Shown here: piece after piece, positions 16,740 through 26,177 of the stretch | How the letters are laid out: each line of letters starts with the position of its first letter | How positions within the stretch are numbered: the first letter of the stretch is position 1 | Source: Candidatus Rokuibacteriota bacterium | GTDB taxonomy: Bacteria > Methylomirabilota > Methylomirabilia > Rokubacteriales > CSP1-6 | Direction of reading: 5' to 3' | Length of the DNA stretch: 64,000 bases | Assembly (NCBI GenBank): GCA_040902305.1 | Contig: JBBDXN010000145.1 | Span: 3,734-67,733 of the forward strand | Notes under the pieces: model-generated | Told to the model about the DNA's origin: nothing | Seen by the model: the letters and a program-made list of their open reading frames with translations, nothing else | Databases searched by the model: none | Made by a program: the position numbers and the translations under genes

Positions 16740-16792
16740 CCCTCACCCCGACCCACTCCCTCGCCGAGGGAGAGGGGGTCAGGGTGAGGGGG
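16740..16792. repeat. palindromic repeat (variant of the CCCTCACCC...CCCTCTCCC family) in a convergent intergenic region
   Basis: CCCTCACCCCGACCCACTCCCTC-GCCG-AGGGAGAGGGGGTCAGGGTGAGGGGG, between stops 16705 (+) and 16819 (-). Could act as a bidirectional terminator. Confidence 0.7.
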
Positions 16793-16818
16793 CGGGCCGG
16801 ACGCGGGACACGCATTCG

Positions 16819-17400
16819 TCAGGGCCCGGCGGCCAGCGGGGGTGGGCCCGCCTGGTCCCGGGCGTGGCCCGCCATCGCCACGAGTGCGATCACCAGATCG
16901 TTGATCTGCGCGCGGGCGGCCGGATCGGCGAGCTTGCCGTCCTGGAAGTGGCCGGACTCGAGGTACACGCTGGTCGGCACCACCAGCGCCCCGAACCAGG
17001 CCAGCACCGCGCGGAGCTGCCAGTCCACGCCCAGGTAGTGATGAAGCGTGGCGCCCATCGCCACGATGCCCACCGGCTTGGCGCGCAGCGCCTCCAGCGG
17101 CGTGAGATCGAGCAGGTTCTTGAGCGCGCCGGTGAACGAGGCGCGATAGACGGGGCTCGCGAGCAGGACCAGGTCGGCCTCGGCGATCGCGCCGACGACG
17201 CGCGCGGTGTCGTCGGGGTAGCGATCGAGCGGGCGCCCGTCCGCGAAGGAGACCCGATGCTCGCCCAGGCTCAGCACGGTGGCGGAAATGTTCCCCCGAT
17301 CGCCAACGTGGTCGGCCGCGCGCTCCGCCGCGAAGCGCACCGCTGCGTCGAGACGCCCCGGGGGCGTCACCGCGCCCACGACGGCCAGGAGCCGCGTCAC
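16819..17400 (-). CDS. NADPH-dependent FMN reductase (SsuE/MsuE-like)
   Basis: GTG 17400 (GTGA overlap) in track ORF 16819..18408: VTRLLAVVGAVTPPGRL...DLVLLASPVYRASFTGALKNLLD... Confidence 0.75.
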   Translation of the reverse strand: MTRLLAVVGAVTPPGRLDAAVRFAAERAADHVGDRGNISATVLSLGEHRVSFADGRPLDRYPDDTARVVGAIAEADLVLLASPVYRASFTGALKNLLDLTPLEALRAKPVGIVAMGATLHHYLGVDWQLRAVLAWFGALVVPTSVYLESGHFQDGKLADPAARAQINDLVIALVAMAGHARDQAGPPPLAAGP

Positions 17401-18500
17401 CGCGAGAGCGCCGCCGCGCGATCCCGCTCGCGGCGGGCGACCTCGGCTTGTACCAGGGGGATGAGCTCGCGGCCGTACTCGATCGCGTCGTTGAGCGGAT
17501 CGAAGCCACGGATCAGTAGCGTGGTCACGCCGAGGTCGTAGTAGTCCAGCAGCGCCTCCGCCACCTGCTCGGGCGTGCCCACGAGCGCGGTGGTATTGCC
17601 CTGGCCGCCCGCCGCCGCCGCGATCGATGTCCAGAGGCGCTTGTCGTGCACGTCGGCCTGCTTCGCGAAGTCCACCAGGCGCCGGGCGCCGACCGCTTCG
17701 GGCGGGGGGGCGGCACGCTCGCCCTGCTTCGTCTGGACCTGCTCCAGGATCGTGCGCGCCTTGGCCCAGGCCTGCGCCTCGGTGGGCGCGATGATCGGTC
17801 GCAGCGACACGCTGAACCGCGGGGCGCCCGGCTCGCGGCCGGCCTCCGCCGCCGCCGCGCGCACGGTCGCGATGCGGTCGCGGATCGCGGCGAGCGGCTC
17901 GCCCCACAGCATGTAGACGTCGCAGTGCCGGACGCCGATGCGGTGCGCGGCCGCCGAGGCGCCGCCGAAGTAGAGCGGCACGCAGGGTTGCTGCACCGGC
18001 CTGACGTCCGAGTAGGCCGCGGTGACCCGGTAGAACTCCCCGGTGTGATCGAAGGGGCGCGCCTCCGTCCACGCGCGTCGCATCAGCCCGAGGTACTCGT
18101 CGGTGCGCCGGTAGCGCGTATCGTGGTCCACGAAGTCGCCGTCGCGCGCCTGGTCGGCGTCGCTGCCGCCGGTGATGATGTGGAGCGCAAGCCGGCCACC
18201 CGAGAGCTGGTCGAGCGTGGCCGCCTTGCGCGCGGCCAGCGTGGGCGCGACGAAGCCGGGGCGGTGGGCGAGCAGGTAGCCGAGGCGCTCGGTGTGGGCG
18301 GCGGCATACGCCGAGACCAGGAAGCCGTCCGCGGAGGTGGACATGTAGCCCACCAGCACCTTGTCGAAGCCCGCGCGCTCGTGGGCCCGGGAGAACTCCC
18401 GGACCCATGCCATGTCGATCTCGCCGCCGATCACGTGCACCGCGGCGCCGTCGGCCCCCTCGGGCCGCACTCCGATCATGCCGATGAACTCGATGGCCAT
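17397..18500 (-). CDS. LLM-class flavin-dependent monooxygenase (SsuD/SfnG-like)
   Basis: ATG 18500 in track ORF 17397..18557: MAIEFIGMIG...LSGGRLALHIITGG...RYRRTDEYLGLMRRAWTE...GTPEQVAEALLDYYDLGVTTLLIRGF. Confidence 0.85.
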   Translation of the reverse strand: MAIEFIGMIGVRPEGADGAAVHVIGGEIDMAWVREFSRAHERAGFDKVLVGYMSTSADGFLVSAYAAAHTERLGYLLAHRPGFVAPTLAARKAATLDQLSGGRLALHIITGGSDADQARDGDFVDHDTRYRRTDEYLGLMRRAWTEARPFDHTGEFYRVTAAYSDVRPVQQPCVPLYFGGASAAAHRIGVRHCDVYMLWGEPLAAIRDRIATVRAAAAEAGREPGAPRFSVSLRPIIAPTEAQAWAKARTILEQVQTKQGERAAPPPEAVGARRLVDFAKQADVHDKRLWTSIAAAAGGQGNTTALVGTPEQVAEALLDYYDLGVTTLLIRGFDPLNDAIEYGRELIPLVQAEVARRERDRAAALSR

Positions 18501-18513
18501 CACGCCCTCCCGA

Positions 18514-19773
18514 TCAATCCCGGCCGGACGCGCGTGGCGCCCGCGGCAACCGTGCACCGGTCAAATCGTATGCTATGTGGTCGGCGAGATGGGCGGCGTC
18601 GTCCCCGACCCCGCACAGCACCGATGACTTGAGCTTGTGGAGCCACGGCAGCCCCAGGAAGTAGAGGCCCTCGCAGCCGGTGACGCCACGCCGGTGGATC
18701 GGCTCGCCCCGCTCGTCGAAGACCGGCGCGTCGACCCATCCGAAGTCGCGCCGGAAGCCGGTGGCCCAGACCACCGACGCGATACCAGCCGCTGCGAGAT
18801 CGAGCTCGCGGATCGACGAAGGCGGCGCGGCTCGAGGCGACGCGACCGCCTCCGCCGGGGTCGGCAGCCCGGACCGGCCGACGTAGGCGTCGACCGCGCG
18901 CGTGAACACGGCGACGCTTTCGTCGCCCGCGGCCAGGAGCGCCGAGAGGTCGTCGGCCAGAAGGAGCCGCGCGCCCGGGACGTCGAGGAGACGCCCCAGC
19001 AAGGTCACGCCGGCGGCCGCGTAGTCGCGCAGGTCGATGTCGTGGCCGCCGCCGACCCCCGTGACGAGCGGGTTCGGCCGCTCCCGCACCTCGCCCCGCT
19101 CCTCGAGCGTCTGGTCCAGCGCGCCGATCCGCTCCATCCACCAGAACATGTCGCGGCCACGGTAGCGGCGCGGATAGCGCCGGTGCCGGCCCACCGAGAA
19201 GTACACGGTCCGGCCCGCGGCGAGCAGGTCCTCCACGATCTGGCAGCCGGAGGCGCCGGACCCGACGACGAGCACCGCGCCCGGCGGGAGCTGGGCCGGA
19301 TTGCGGTAGCCGTTCGAATGCATCTGGACGACACCCGGCGGAAAGGCCTGGCGGATGGCCGGCAGGATCGGCTCCTGGTACGGGCCGGTAGCCACGACCA
19401 CGTTGACCGCTTCGACCAGGCCCTCCGTGGTCTCGAGCTGGAAGCCGCCGTCGATCGGGCGGACCCGGGCGACGCGCACCCCGGTCCTCACGGGCGCGTC
19501 GATCAGCTCGCGGTAGCGCTCGATGAAGGCGATCACCTCGTCGCGCGTGGCGAAGCCGTCGGGCCGGGTCCCGCCGTACTCCTGACCGGGCAGCCGGAGG
19601 CTCCAGTTCGGGAACTGGAACATCAGCGAATCCCAGCGCTCGCTCCGCCACCGCTCGGCCAGCCGCCCGCGCTCGAGGATCACGTGTGGGCGTCCGAGCC
19701 GGCCCAGGTGATAGCTGAGCGCGAGCCCGGCGTGCCCGCCGCCCACGATCACGGTCTCGTACCGGTTCGCCAT
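18514..19773 (-). CDS. flavin-containing monooxygenase / NAD(P)-binding oxidoreductase
   Basis: Track ORF of 419 aa: YETVIVGGGHAGLALSYHL (FAD GxGxxG) and VLVVGSGASGCQIVEDL (second dinucleotide motif). Confidence 0.8.
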   Translation of the reverse strand: MANRYETVIVGGGHAGLALSYHLGRLGRPHVILERGRLAERWRSERWDSLMFQFPNWSLRLPGQEYGGTRPDGFATRDEVIAFIERYRELIDAPVRTGVRVARVRPIDGGFQLETTEGLVEAVNVVVATGPYQEPILPAIRQAFPPGVVQMHSNGYRNPAQLPPGAVLVVGSGASGCQIVEDLLAAGRTVYFSVGRHRRYPRRYRGRDMFWWMERIGALDQTLEERGEVRERPNPLVTGVGGGHDIDLRDYAAAGVTLLGRLLDVPGARLLLADDLSALLAAGDESVAVFTRAVDAYVGRSGLPTPAEAVASPRAAPPSSIRELDLAAAGIASVVWATGFRRDFGWVDAPVFDERGEPIHRRGVTGCEGLYFLGLPWLHKLKSSVLCGVGDDAAHLADHIAYDLTGARLPRAPRASGRD

Positions 19774-19817
19774 AACGCGACAAGGCTACGGAGGCCCGAG
19801 GGACTAGTCAATCCGAC

Positions 19818-19823
19818 TATACT
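19818..19823 (+). promoter_or_regulatory. -10-like TATACT 6 nt upstream of the lhr ATG (candidate leaderless promoter)
   Basis: ...ccgacTATACTggggcgATG. No convincing -35 seen. Confidence 0.3.
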
Positions 19824-19829
19824 GGGGCG

Positions 19830-22800
19830 ATGTTTCACCCCGTCGTCGACGCTTGGTTCCGCGCGCGCTACTCCGAGCCCACCCCGGTCCAGGCCGGCGC
19901 CTGGCCCCTGATCGCGGCCGGGCAGGACGTGCTGCTGACCGCGCCCACCGGCTCCGGCAAGACGCTCGCGGCCTTCCTGGCCTGCCTCGACCGCCTCTTC
20001 CGGCAGGCGGTCGAGGGCCGGCTCGAGGACCGGACCGCCATCCTCTACATCTCGCCCCTCAAGGCGCTCTCCAACGACGTGCGGCGCAACGTGGACGAGC
20101 CCCTCGCCGAGCTGGCCGCGGCCGCGGTGGCGGCGGGGCTGCCCCGGCCGGAGATCCGCACCGCGGTGCGCACCGGCGACACTCCCGCGCACGAGCGGCG
20201 GCTCACCGGCCGCCGGCCGCCGCACGTGATGGTGACCACGCCCGAATCGCTCTTCATCCTGCTCACCGCCGAGTCGAGCCGGCGCTGGCTCGCCGACGTG
20301 CGCACCGTGATCGTGGACGAGATCCACGCGGTGGCCGGCGACAAGCGCGGCGCGCATCTCGCGCTCTCGCTCGAGCGGCTCGCCGAGCTGGTGGCCGCCC
20401 CCGGCGGCGCCGCACGGCTGCAGCGCATCGGCCTCTCCGCCACCGTGCGCCCGATCCAGACCGCGGCCCGGCTCCTGGTCGGCGCCGAGCGGCCGCTGCC
20501 CGAGATCGTCAACGTGGGCCAGCGGCGCGACATGGACCTGGCCATCGAGGTGCTCGGCGACGAGCTGGGCGCGGTGTGCACCAACGAGCAGTGGGAGGAG
20601 ATCTACGATCGGGTGGCCGCGCTGGCCCGGGGCCATCGCTCGACGCTCGTGTTCGTCAATACGCGGCGGCTCGTCGAACGGGTGACCCGCCACCTGGCCG
20701 ACCGGCTGGGGGCGGAGCGGGTGGCCGCGCACCACAGCAGCTTGAGCCGGCATCGGCGCTTCGACGCCGAGCAGCGGCTCAAGTCCGGCGAGCTGTCGCT
20801 GGTGGTGGCCACCGCCTCGCTCGAGCTGGGCATCGACGTGGGCACGGTGGACCTCACCTGCCTGATCGGATCGCCCCGGTCGATCGCCACCGCGCTCCAG
20901 CGGGTGGGCCGCTCGGGCCACGCGCTGCTCGCGACGCCGAAAGGCCGGCTCTTCCCGCTGACCCGCGACCAGCTCGTGGAGTGCGCGGCGCTCGTGCGCG
21001 CGGCGCGCCGCGGCGAGATCGACCGGCTCGGTCTTCGCCGCGCGCCTCTGGACGTCCTGGCCCAGCAGATCGTGGCGATGTGCGCCTGCGAGGAGCAGGA
21101 CGAGGACCGGCTCTTCGAGGCGTGCCGGCGCGCGGCCCCGTACGCCGGGCTCACCCGCGAGGACTTCGATCAGGTCGTGGACATGCTCGCCGAGGGCATC
21201 GCGACGCGGCGGGGGCGCCACGCGGCGCGGCTGCACCGCGACGCGGTGGGCCGGCGGCTCACCGCGCGGCGGGGGGCGCGGCTGGCCGCGCTCACCTCCG
21301 GCGGAGCCATCCCCGACAACGCGAGCTACGAGGTCGTGCTGGAGCCCGACGAGACCACGATCGGCTCGCTCGACGAGGACTTCGCGATCGAGTCCATGGC
21401 GGGCGACGTCATCCTGCTCGGCAATAGCTCGTGGCGCATCCGCCGCATCGAGAGCGGCCGCGTGCGCGTCGAGGACGCGGGCGGAGCGCCGTCGACCATT
21501 CCGTTCTGGCTCGGGGAGGGCCCGGCGCGCACGCTCGAGCTGTCCGCCGAGCTCTCGGCGGTGCGGCAGGGCGTGGCCGATCGCCTGGACGATCCGGAGC
21601 GGGCGGCGGCCTGGCTGGAGCAGGAGACCGGCCTCGACCGCCGCGGCGCGCTGCTCGCGCGCGACTACATCGCGGCGGCCCAGGCCGCGCTCGGCGCGGT
21701 GCCCACCCGCGACACGGTGGTGGTGGAGCGCTTCTTCGACGAGGCGGGCGGCATGCAGCTCGTCGTCCACGCCCCGTTCGGCGGCCGCATCAACCGCGCC
21801 TGGGGCATGGCGCTGCGCAAGCGCCTCTGTCACAGCTTCAACTTCGAGCTGCAGGCCGCGGCCACCGACGACGGGGTGCTGCTGTCCCTGGGCCCGCAGC
21901 ACAGCTTCCCGCTCGAGGCGGTCTTCGAGATGCTGCACCCGAGCGGGATCGAGGAGCTCCTGACCCAGGCCGCGCTGCAGGCGCCGATGTTCAATACCCG
22001 CTGGCGCTGGAACGCCAACCGCGCGCTCGCCCTGCTGCGCTGGCAGAACGGGCGGAAGGTCCCGCCGTACCTGCAGCGCATGCGCGCGGAGGATCTGCTC
22101 GTCGCGGTCTTCCCGGCCCAGCTCGCCTGCCAGGACAACATGGAGGCCGGGCCCATCGAGGTGCCCGACCACCCGCTGGTGCGGGAGACCCTGCGCGACT
22201 GCCTCACCGAGGCGATGGACATCGACGGCCTGCGCGCCACGCTCACCGCGCTCCACGATGGGCAGATCAGGCGGGTGACCCGCGAGACGCCCGAGCCGTC
22301 CGTGTTCGCCCACGAGATCCTGAACGCCAACCCCTATGCCTTCCTCGACGACGCGCCGCTCGAGGAGCGCCGCGCCCGCGCGGTCACGCTCCGCCGTGGG
22401 CTGCCCGCCGCGGTGGCCGACGACGTGGGGCGGCTCGATCCCGCCGCGATCACCGCGGTGGTCGAGGAGGCGTGGCCCGATCTGCGGAACGCGGACGAGC
22501 TACACGATCTCCTGCTCGACCTGGGCGCCCTGCCCGAGGGCGACGCCGGCGCGTGGGCCGGCTATCTCGACGAGCTGATCGCGGCCGGGCGCGCGGCGCG
22601 TCTCCGCCACGCGGGCCGCGTGTTCTGGGTCCCGGCGGAGCGGCGCGCGCTGGCCGCCACCGTGTGGCCGCACTACCGCTTCGAGCCGGACGTGGTCGAG
22701 CCGCCCGCGCGCCGCGCGCCCGGCTGGGCCGACCGCGCCGGCGCGCTGGTGGAGATCGTGCGGGCCCGGCTCGGCCTCGTGGGGCCCACCACCGCGGCGG

Positions 22801-24110
22801 CGCTCGCGGCGGCGCTCGACGTCGGACCGGGCGAGGTGGACGCGGCGCTGGCCGCCATCGAGGCGGAAGGCGGCGTGCTGCGCGGGCGCTTCACGCCCGA
22901 CTCGATCGCCGCGGAGGCGAGCCGGAACGGCAAGGAGCCGCAGCTCGAATGGTGCGAGCGCCGGCTGCTGGCGCGCATCCACCGGCGGACCCTCGACGGC
23001 CTGCGCCGCTTGATCGAGCCGGTGTCGCCCGCGGTGCTCCTGCGCTTCCTCCTGTCCTGGCAGCACGCGCGGCCGGCGACCCAGCCGCACGGGCGCGACG
23101 GCCTCCTGCGCGTGATCGAGCGGCTGCAGGGCTTCGAGGCCGCGGCCGGCGTGTGGGAGCGGGATCTGCTGCCCGCGCGGGTGGCGGGCTATCAGCCCGC
23201 CTGGCTCGACGAGCTCTGCCTGTCCGGCGAGGTGACGTGGGGGCGGCTCGCGCGGCACGAGAGCGCGCGCCACGCCGGCCGGCGCCTCTCCGCCACGGTG
23301 CCCGTGGCCCTCTTGCTGCGGCGCGAGCTCGCCTGGCTGCTCGAGCCGCGGCCCGCGCCGGCCGCCGCGCCCGCGGACCCGGCGCCCGCCGGGGCGATCT
23401 CGCCGATCCAGCCCTCGGGCCCCGCGCGCGACGTGCTGGCGCATCTGGAGCGCGTCGGCGCCTCCTTCGTGGACGACATCGCCGCCGGCGTGCGGCGGCT
23501 CCGCATCGAGGTGGAAGAAGCGCTCTGCGAGCTCGTGACCGCCGGGCTCGTCACCGGTGACGGCTTCGCGGGACTGCGCAGCCTGCTCCATGGGGAGAAG
23601 CGGCGCCGGGTGCGCCCCGGCCGGCCGGTCGCGGCGCGGCCCTCGCCCGGCACCGGGCGCTGGGCTCGCCTGATGCCGCCCGCCACCCCGGCGGCCGACG
23701 ACGTCGTCGAGGCCAAGGCCCGCCAGTACGTCAAGCGCTACGGCGTGGTCTTCCGCGATCTCCTGCAGCGCGAGCCGGGCGTTCCGGCCTGGCGGGATCT
23801 CCTGCGGGTCTACCGGCGGCTCGAGATGCGCGGCGACCTGCGGGGCGGGCGCATCGTGGGCGGCTTCGTCGGCGAGCAGTTCGCGGCCCCCGAGGCGCTC
23901 TCCGCCCTGCGGGCGATCCGGCGCGAAGAACCCTCCGGCCAGACCGTCAGGCTCTCGGCCTGCGACCCGCTCAATCTGGTGGGCATCATCACGCCGGGCC
24001 CGCGGGTGCCCGCCACGCCCGGCCACCACGTGGCCTACCGTGACGGCGTTCCCGTGCTGGAGGAGCCGCGCCCCCACCGCGCCCGCGCATCCGCCCGCAA
24101 GCGCCGCTAG
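19830..24110 (+). CDS. lhr: Lhr-family ATP-dependent DNA/RNA helicase (large helicase-related protein)
   Basis: Track ORF of 1426 aa: ...[34 protein letters not shown]...VIVDEIHA...SATV...HHSSLS...VATASLELGIDVG..., with the long Lhr-type C-terminal extension. Confidence 0.95.
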   Translation: MFHPVVDAWFRARYSEPTPVQAGAWPLIAAGQDVLLTAPTGSGKTLAAFLACLDRLFRQAVEGRLEDRTAILYISPLKALSNDVRRNVDEPLAELAAAAVAAGLPRPEIRTAVRTGDTPAHERRLTGRRPPHVMVTTPESLFILLTAESSRRWLADVRTVIVDEIHAVAGDKRGAHLALSLERLAELVAAPGGAARLQRIGLSATVRPIQTAARLLVGAERPLPEIVNVGQRRDMDLAIEVLGDELGAVCTNEQWEEIYDRVAALARGHRSTLVFVNTRRLVERVTRHLADRLGAERVAAHHSSLSRHRRFDAEQRLKSGELSLVVATASLELGIDVGTVDLTCLIGSPRSIATALQRVGRSGHALLATPKGRLFPLTRDQLVECAALVRAARRGEIDRLGLRRAPLDVLAQQIVAMCACEEQDEDRLFEACRRAAPYAGLTREDFDQVVDMLAEGIATRRGRHAARLHRDAVGRRLTARRGARLAALTSGGAIPDNASYEVVLEPDETTIGSLDEDFAIESMAGDVILLGNSSWRIRRIESGRVRVEDAGGAPSTIPFWLGEGPARTLELSAELSAVRQGVADRLDDPERAAAWLEQETGLDRRGALLARDYIAAAQAALGAVPTRDTVVVERFFDEAGGMQLVVHAPFGGRINRAWGMALRKRLCHSFNFELQAAATDDGVLLSLGPQHSFPLEAVFEMLHPSGIEELLTQAALQAPMFNTRWRWNANRALALLRWQNGRKVPPYLQRMRAEDLLVAVFPAQLACQDNMEAGPIEVPDHPLVRETLRDCLTEAMDIDGLRATLTALHDGQIRRVTRETPEPSVFAHEILNANPYAFLDDAPLEERRARAVTLRRGLPAAVADDVGRLDPAAITAVVEEAWPDLRNADELHDLLLDLGALPEGDAGAWAGYLDELIAAGRAARLRHAGRVFWVPAERRALAATVWPHYRFEPDVVEPPARRAPGWADRAGALVEIVRARLGLVGPTTAAALAAALDVGPGEVDAALAAIEAEGGVLRGRFTPDSIAAEASRNGKEPQLEWCERRLLARIHRRTLDGLRRLIEPVSPAVLLRFLLSWQHARPATQPHGRDGLLRVIERLQGFEAAAGVWERDLLPARVAGYQPAWLDELCLSGEVTWGRLARHESARHAGRRLSATVPVALLLRRELAWLLEPRPAPAAAPADPAPAGAISPIQPSGPARDVLAHLERVGASFVDDIAAGVRRLRIEVEEALCELVTAGLVTGDGFAGLRSLLHGEKRRRVRPGRPVAARPSPGTGRWARLMPPATPAADDVVEAKARQYVKRYGVVFRDLLQREPGVPAWRDLLRVYRRLEMRGDLRGGRIVGGFVGEQFAAPEALSALRAIRREEPSGQTVRLSACDPLNLVGIITPGPRVPATPGHHVAYRDGVPVLEEPRPHRARASARKRR

Positions 24111-24142
24111 CCGGTCGAATCAGCCGAATTGGCAAGCGGAAG

Positions 24143-24372
24143 CCTCGGGCGCCGAGAAGGGTCCAGCTGCGAGGCGGCGCCCGAAGGCCGCACGCGAAGC
24201 GTACTTTCTGTACGTTGAGCACCCCGACCCAGGGCGCCAATGAAGTAATCGAGCCTCGATCGGCCGGCCTCGGGCGCCGAGAAGGGTCCAGCTACGAGGC
24301 GGCGCCCGAAGGTCGGGCGCGAGGCGTACTCTCTGTACGTTGAGCGCCCCGACCGAGGGCGCCAACGAAGTA
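24143..24372. repeat. tandem direct repeat, 2 x 105 bp units (about 90% identical), period 125 bp, each with internal hairpins
   Basis: Unit A 24143-24247, unit B 24268-24372. Both begin CCTCGGGCGCCGAGAAGGGTCCAGCT and end GGGCGCCAA(T/C)GAAGTA. The units fall in different reading frames. Confidence 0.8.
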
Positions 24373-24381
24373 GATGGGCCC

Positions 24382-24669
24382 TTATCGGCGCCCGAGGCCG
24401 CGGGACTGGATGCCTTGGGTGATGTCCCGGTCGAGGTCCGGCCGGCGTGCGGCACCCGGCTGGACGTCGCGCAGCATGCGGTCGGTGCGCTGGCGATCGA
24501 GCTCGCGCGCGGCCTGGTTGGTGTCCTCCTCGACCTTCCGCGGCGGCACCGGCCGGAGCGCCGGAGTGCGCGGCTTGTACTCCAGATCGAGCGGGCCCGA
24601 CTTCGTCTGGGCCGCCACGATCGCAGCACTCCCCAGCAACAGCAGCAAGGCCAGCGACAGCGTCCTCAT
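24382..24669 (-). CDS. small secreted hypothetical protein (95 aa)
   Basis: ATG 24669 preceded by GGAGGGAGCC, in track ORF 24382..24813: signal peptide MRTLSLALLLLLGSAAIVAAQ, then a charged Arg/Asp/Pro-rich region. Lies 20 nt downstream of cobA. Confidence 0.5.
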   Translation of the reverse strand: MRTLSLALLLLLGSAAIVAAQTKSGPLDLEYKPRTPALRPVPPRKVEEDTNQAARELDRQRTDRMLRDVQPGAARRPDLDRDITQGIQSRGLGRR

Positions 24670-24689
24670 GGCTCCCTCCGTGCTAGAGC

Positions 24690-25547
24690 CTAGGCGCCGC
24701 CGGGGCGCGGAGTCAAATTTTGCCGCGCTGCTCCATGCCAGGCGCCGAAGACCACCCGGGTACCCGTGGAGGGCCCCAGTGCCTCCTGTCGCCGGCCCCG
24801 CGTCCCGAGCCACTCGAGGCGCTCCCTCAGTCTCACGACCTCTCCGATGACCGCCACGACCGGCGGCGGGAGGCGCGCCGCGCGCGCCCCGGTGACGATG
24901 TCGCGAAGCGTGCCGACGACCGTCTCCTGCGCCTCGGTCGTGCCCCAGCGGATCAGGGCCACCGGCGTATCGGGAGAGCGGCCGTGGCCGATCAGCTCCG
25001 CCGCGATGCGCGGCAGGCTCTGCGCGCCCATGAGGACGACGATCGTGCCCACCGACGTGGCGAGCCGGCCCCAGTCCACCGCGGCTCGGTCCTTGCCGGG
25101 GTCCTCGTGGCCGGTCACCACCGCGAACGAGGAGGCGAGGCCCCGGTGCGTCACCGGGATGCCGGCATAGGCCGGCACCGCGACCGCGGCGCTGACGCCG
25201 GGCACGACCTCGAAGGCGATGCCCGCCTCGGCGAGGGCCAGCGCTTCTTCGCCGCCGCGGCCGAAGACGAACGGATCGCCACCCTTCAGGCGGACCACGA
25301 GGCGCCCGCGGCGCGCCTGCTCGACCAGCAGCGCGTTGATCCGCTCCTGCGGCAGGCAGTGACCGCCGCTGCGCTTGCCCGCGAAGCGCCGGAGCGCGGT
25401 GGGGGGCGCCTCATCGAGCAGAGCCGGGTTGACGAGCCGATCGTAGACGACCACCTCGGCCCGGCGCAGGACCGCGAGCCCCCGCACCGTCATGAGCCCG
25501 GGATCGCCCGGGCCCGCGCCGACGAGATAGACGCGACCGTCGCCCAT
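24690..25547 (-). CDS. cobA: uroporphyrinogen-III C-methyltransferase (SUMT)
   Basis: Track ORF 24690..25550: VYLVGAGPGDPGLMTVRG...VVRLKGGDPFVFGRGGEE...VVPGVSAA...VLMG. The ATG at 25547 is preferred (TGATG overlap with the sirC stop). Confidence 0.9.
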   Translation of the reverse strand: MGDGRVYLVGAGPGDPGLMTVRGLAVLRRAEVVVYDRLVNPALLDEAPPTALRRFAGKRSGGHCLPQERINALLVEQARRGRLVVRLKGGDPFVFGRGGEEALALAEAGIAFEVVPGVSAAVAVPAYAGIPVTHRGLASSFAVVTGHEDPGKDRAAVDWGRLATSVGTIVVLMGAQSLPRIAAELIGHGRSPDTPVALIRWGTTEAQETVVGTLRDIVTGARAARLPPPVVAVIGEVVRLRERLEWLGTRGRRQEALGPSTGTRVVFGAWHGAARQNLTPRPGGA

Positions 25548-26176
25548 CACGCGGACCCGAGGCTCCGGGCCAGCCGGGCGCGCGCCTGGCGATAGCGCTT
25601 GGCCGCGATGAGCCGGCGCAGCGTGCCGTCAAGCGCGCCGCGCCAGCGCGCCGGGCTCGGGGTCACCAGCCGCCCGCGCAGCTCCCGCCGCACGTCCGCC
25701 GCCACCTCGACCAGCCCCGCGTGATCGTCGGTGAGGTAGCCCTCCAGCTCCTCCCGGATCGCCCGCGCCGCCGCCGGGCTCGCCCCGCCGGTGGACACCG
25801 CCACCACGAGCCGCCCACGACGGATCACCGCGGGCAGGATGAAGTCGCAGCGCGCGGGCTCGTCGGCCGCGTTGACCCACACGCCGCGCTCCCGTCCCTC
25901 CGCCGCCACCGCCGCGCTGACCGTCTCGTCGCCGGCCGCGACGAGGGCGAGCCGCCGGCCCTCCAGATCGCCGGGACGATACGCGCGCGGCACGTGCTGG
26001 ATCCGCCCGGCCTCGGCCCAGGCCGCGAGGCGCGGCGTGGTGGTGAGACTCACCACCGTGACGCGCGCGCCCGCGGCCAGCAGGCCCTCGACCTTCCCCT
26101 CGGCCACCGGACCGCCCCCGATCACGAGGCAGGGACGGTCCGCGAGGTCGAGGAAGGCGGGGTAGTAGGTGCTCAC
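25547..26176 (-). CDS. sirC: precorrin-2 dehydrogenase / sirohydrochlorin ferrochelatase (CysG N-terminal / SirC / Met8-like)
   Basis: Track ORF of 209 aa (GTG start): YYPAFLDLADRPCLVIGGGPVAEGKVEGLLAAGARVTVV...NAADEPARCDFILPAV... Confidence 0.8.
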   Translation of the reverse strand: MSTYYPAFLDLADRPCLVIGGGPVAEGKVEGLLAAGARVTVVSLTTTPRLAAWAEAGRIQHVPRAYRPGDLEGRRLALVAAGDETVSAAVAAEGRERGVWVNAADEPARCDFILPAVIRRGRLVVAVSTGGASPAAARAIREELEGYLTDDHAGLVEVAADVRRELRGRLVTPSPARWRGALDGTLRRLIAAKRYRQARARLARSLGSA

Positions 26177-26177
26177 C

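Noticed and set aside
19749-22313. 854-aa minus-strand ORF opposite lhr (similar cases: 22500..24077, 42196..44589, 44558..46042, 45994..48771, 31818..35081 and 56925..58523 on the plus strand)
   Set aside because: All are shadow ORFs antisense to genes with strong homology signatures. They have extreme Arg/Gly/Ala/Pro/His content and no recognisable domains.
24143-24372. Possible CRISPR array
   Set aside because: There are only two long (105-bp) units with a 20-bp spacer. There are no short regular repeats, no unique spacers and no cas genes in the window.
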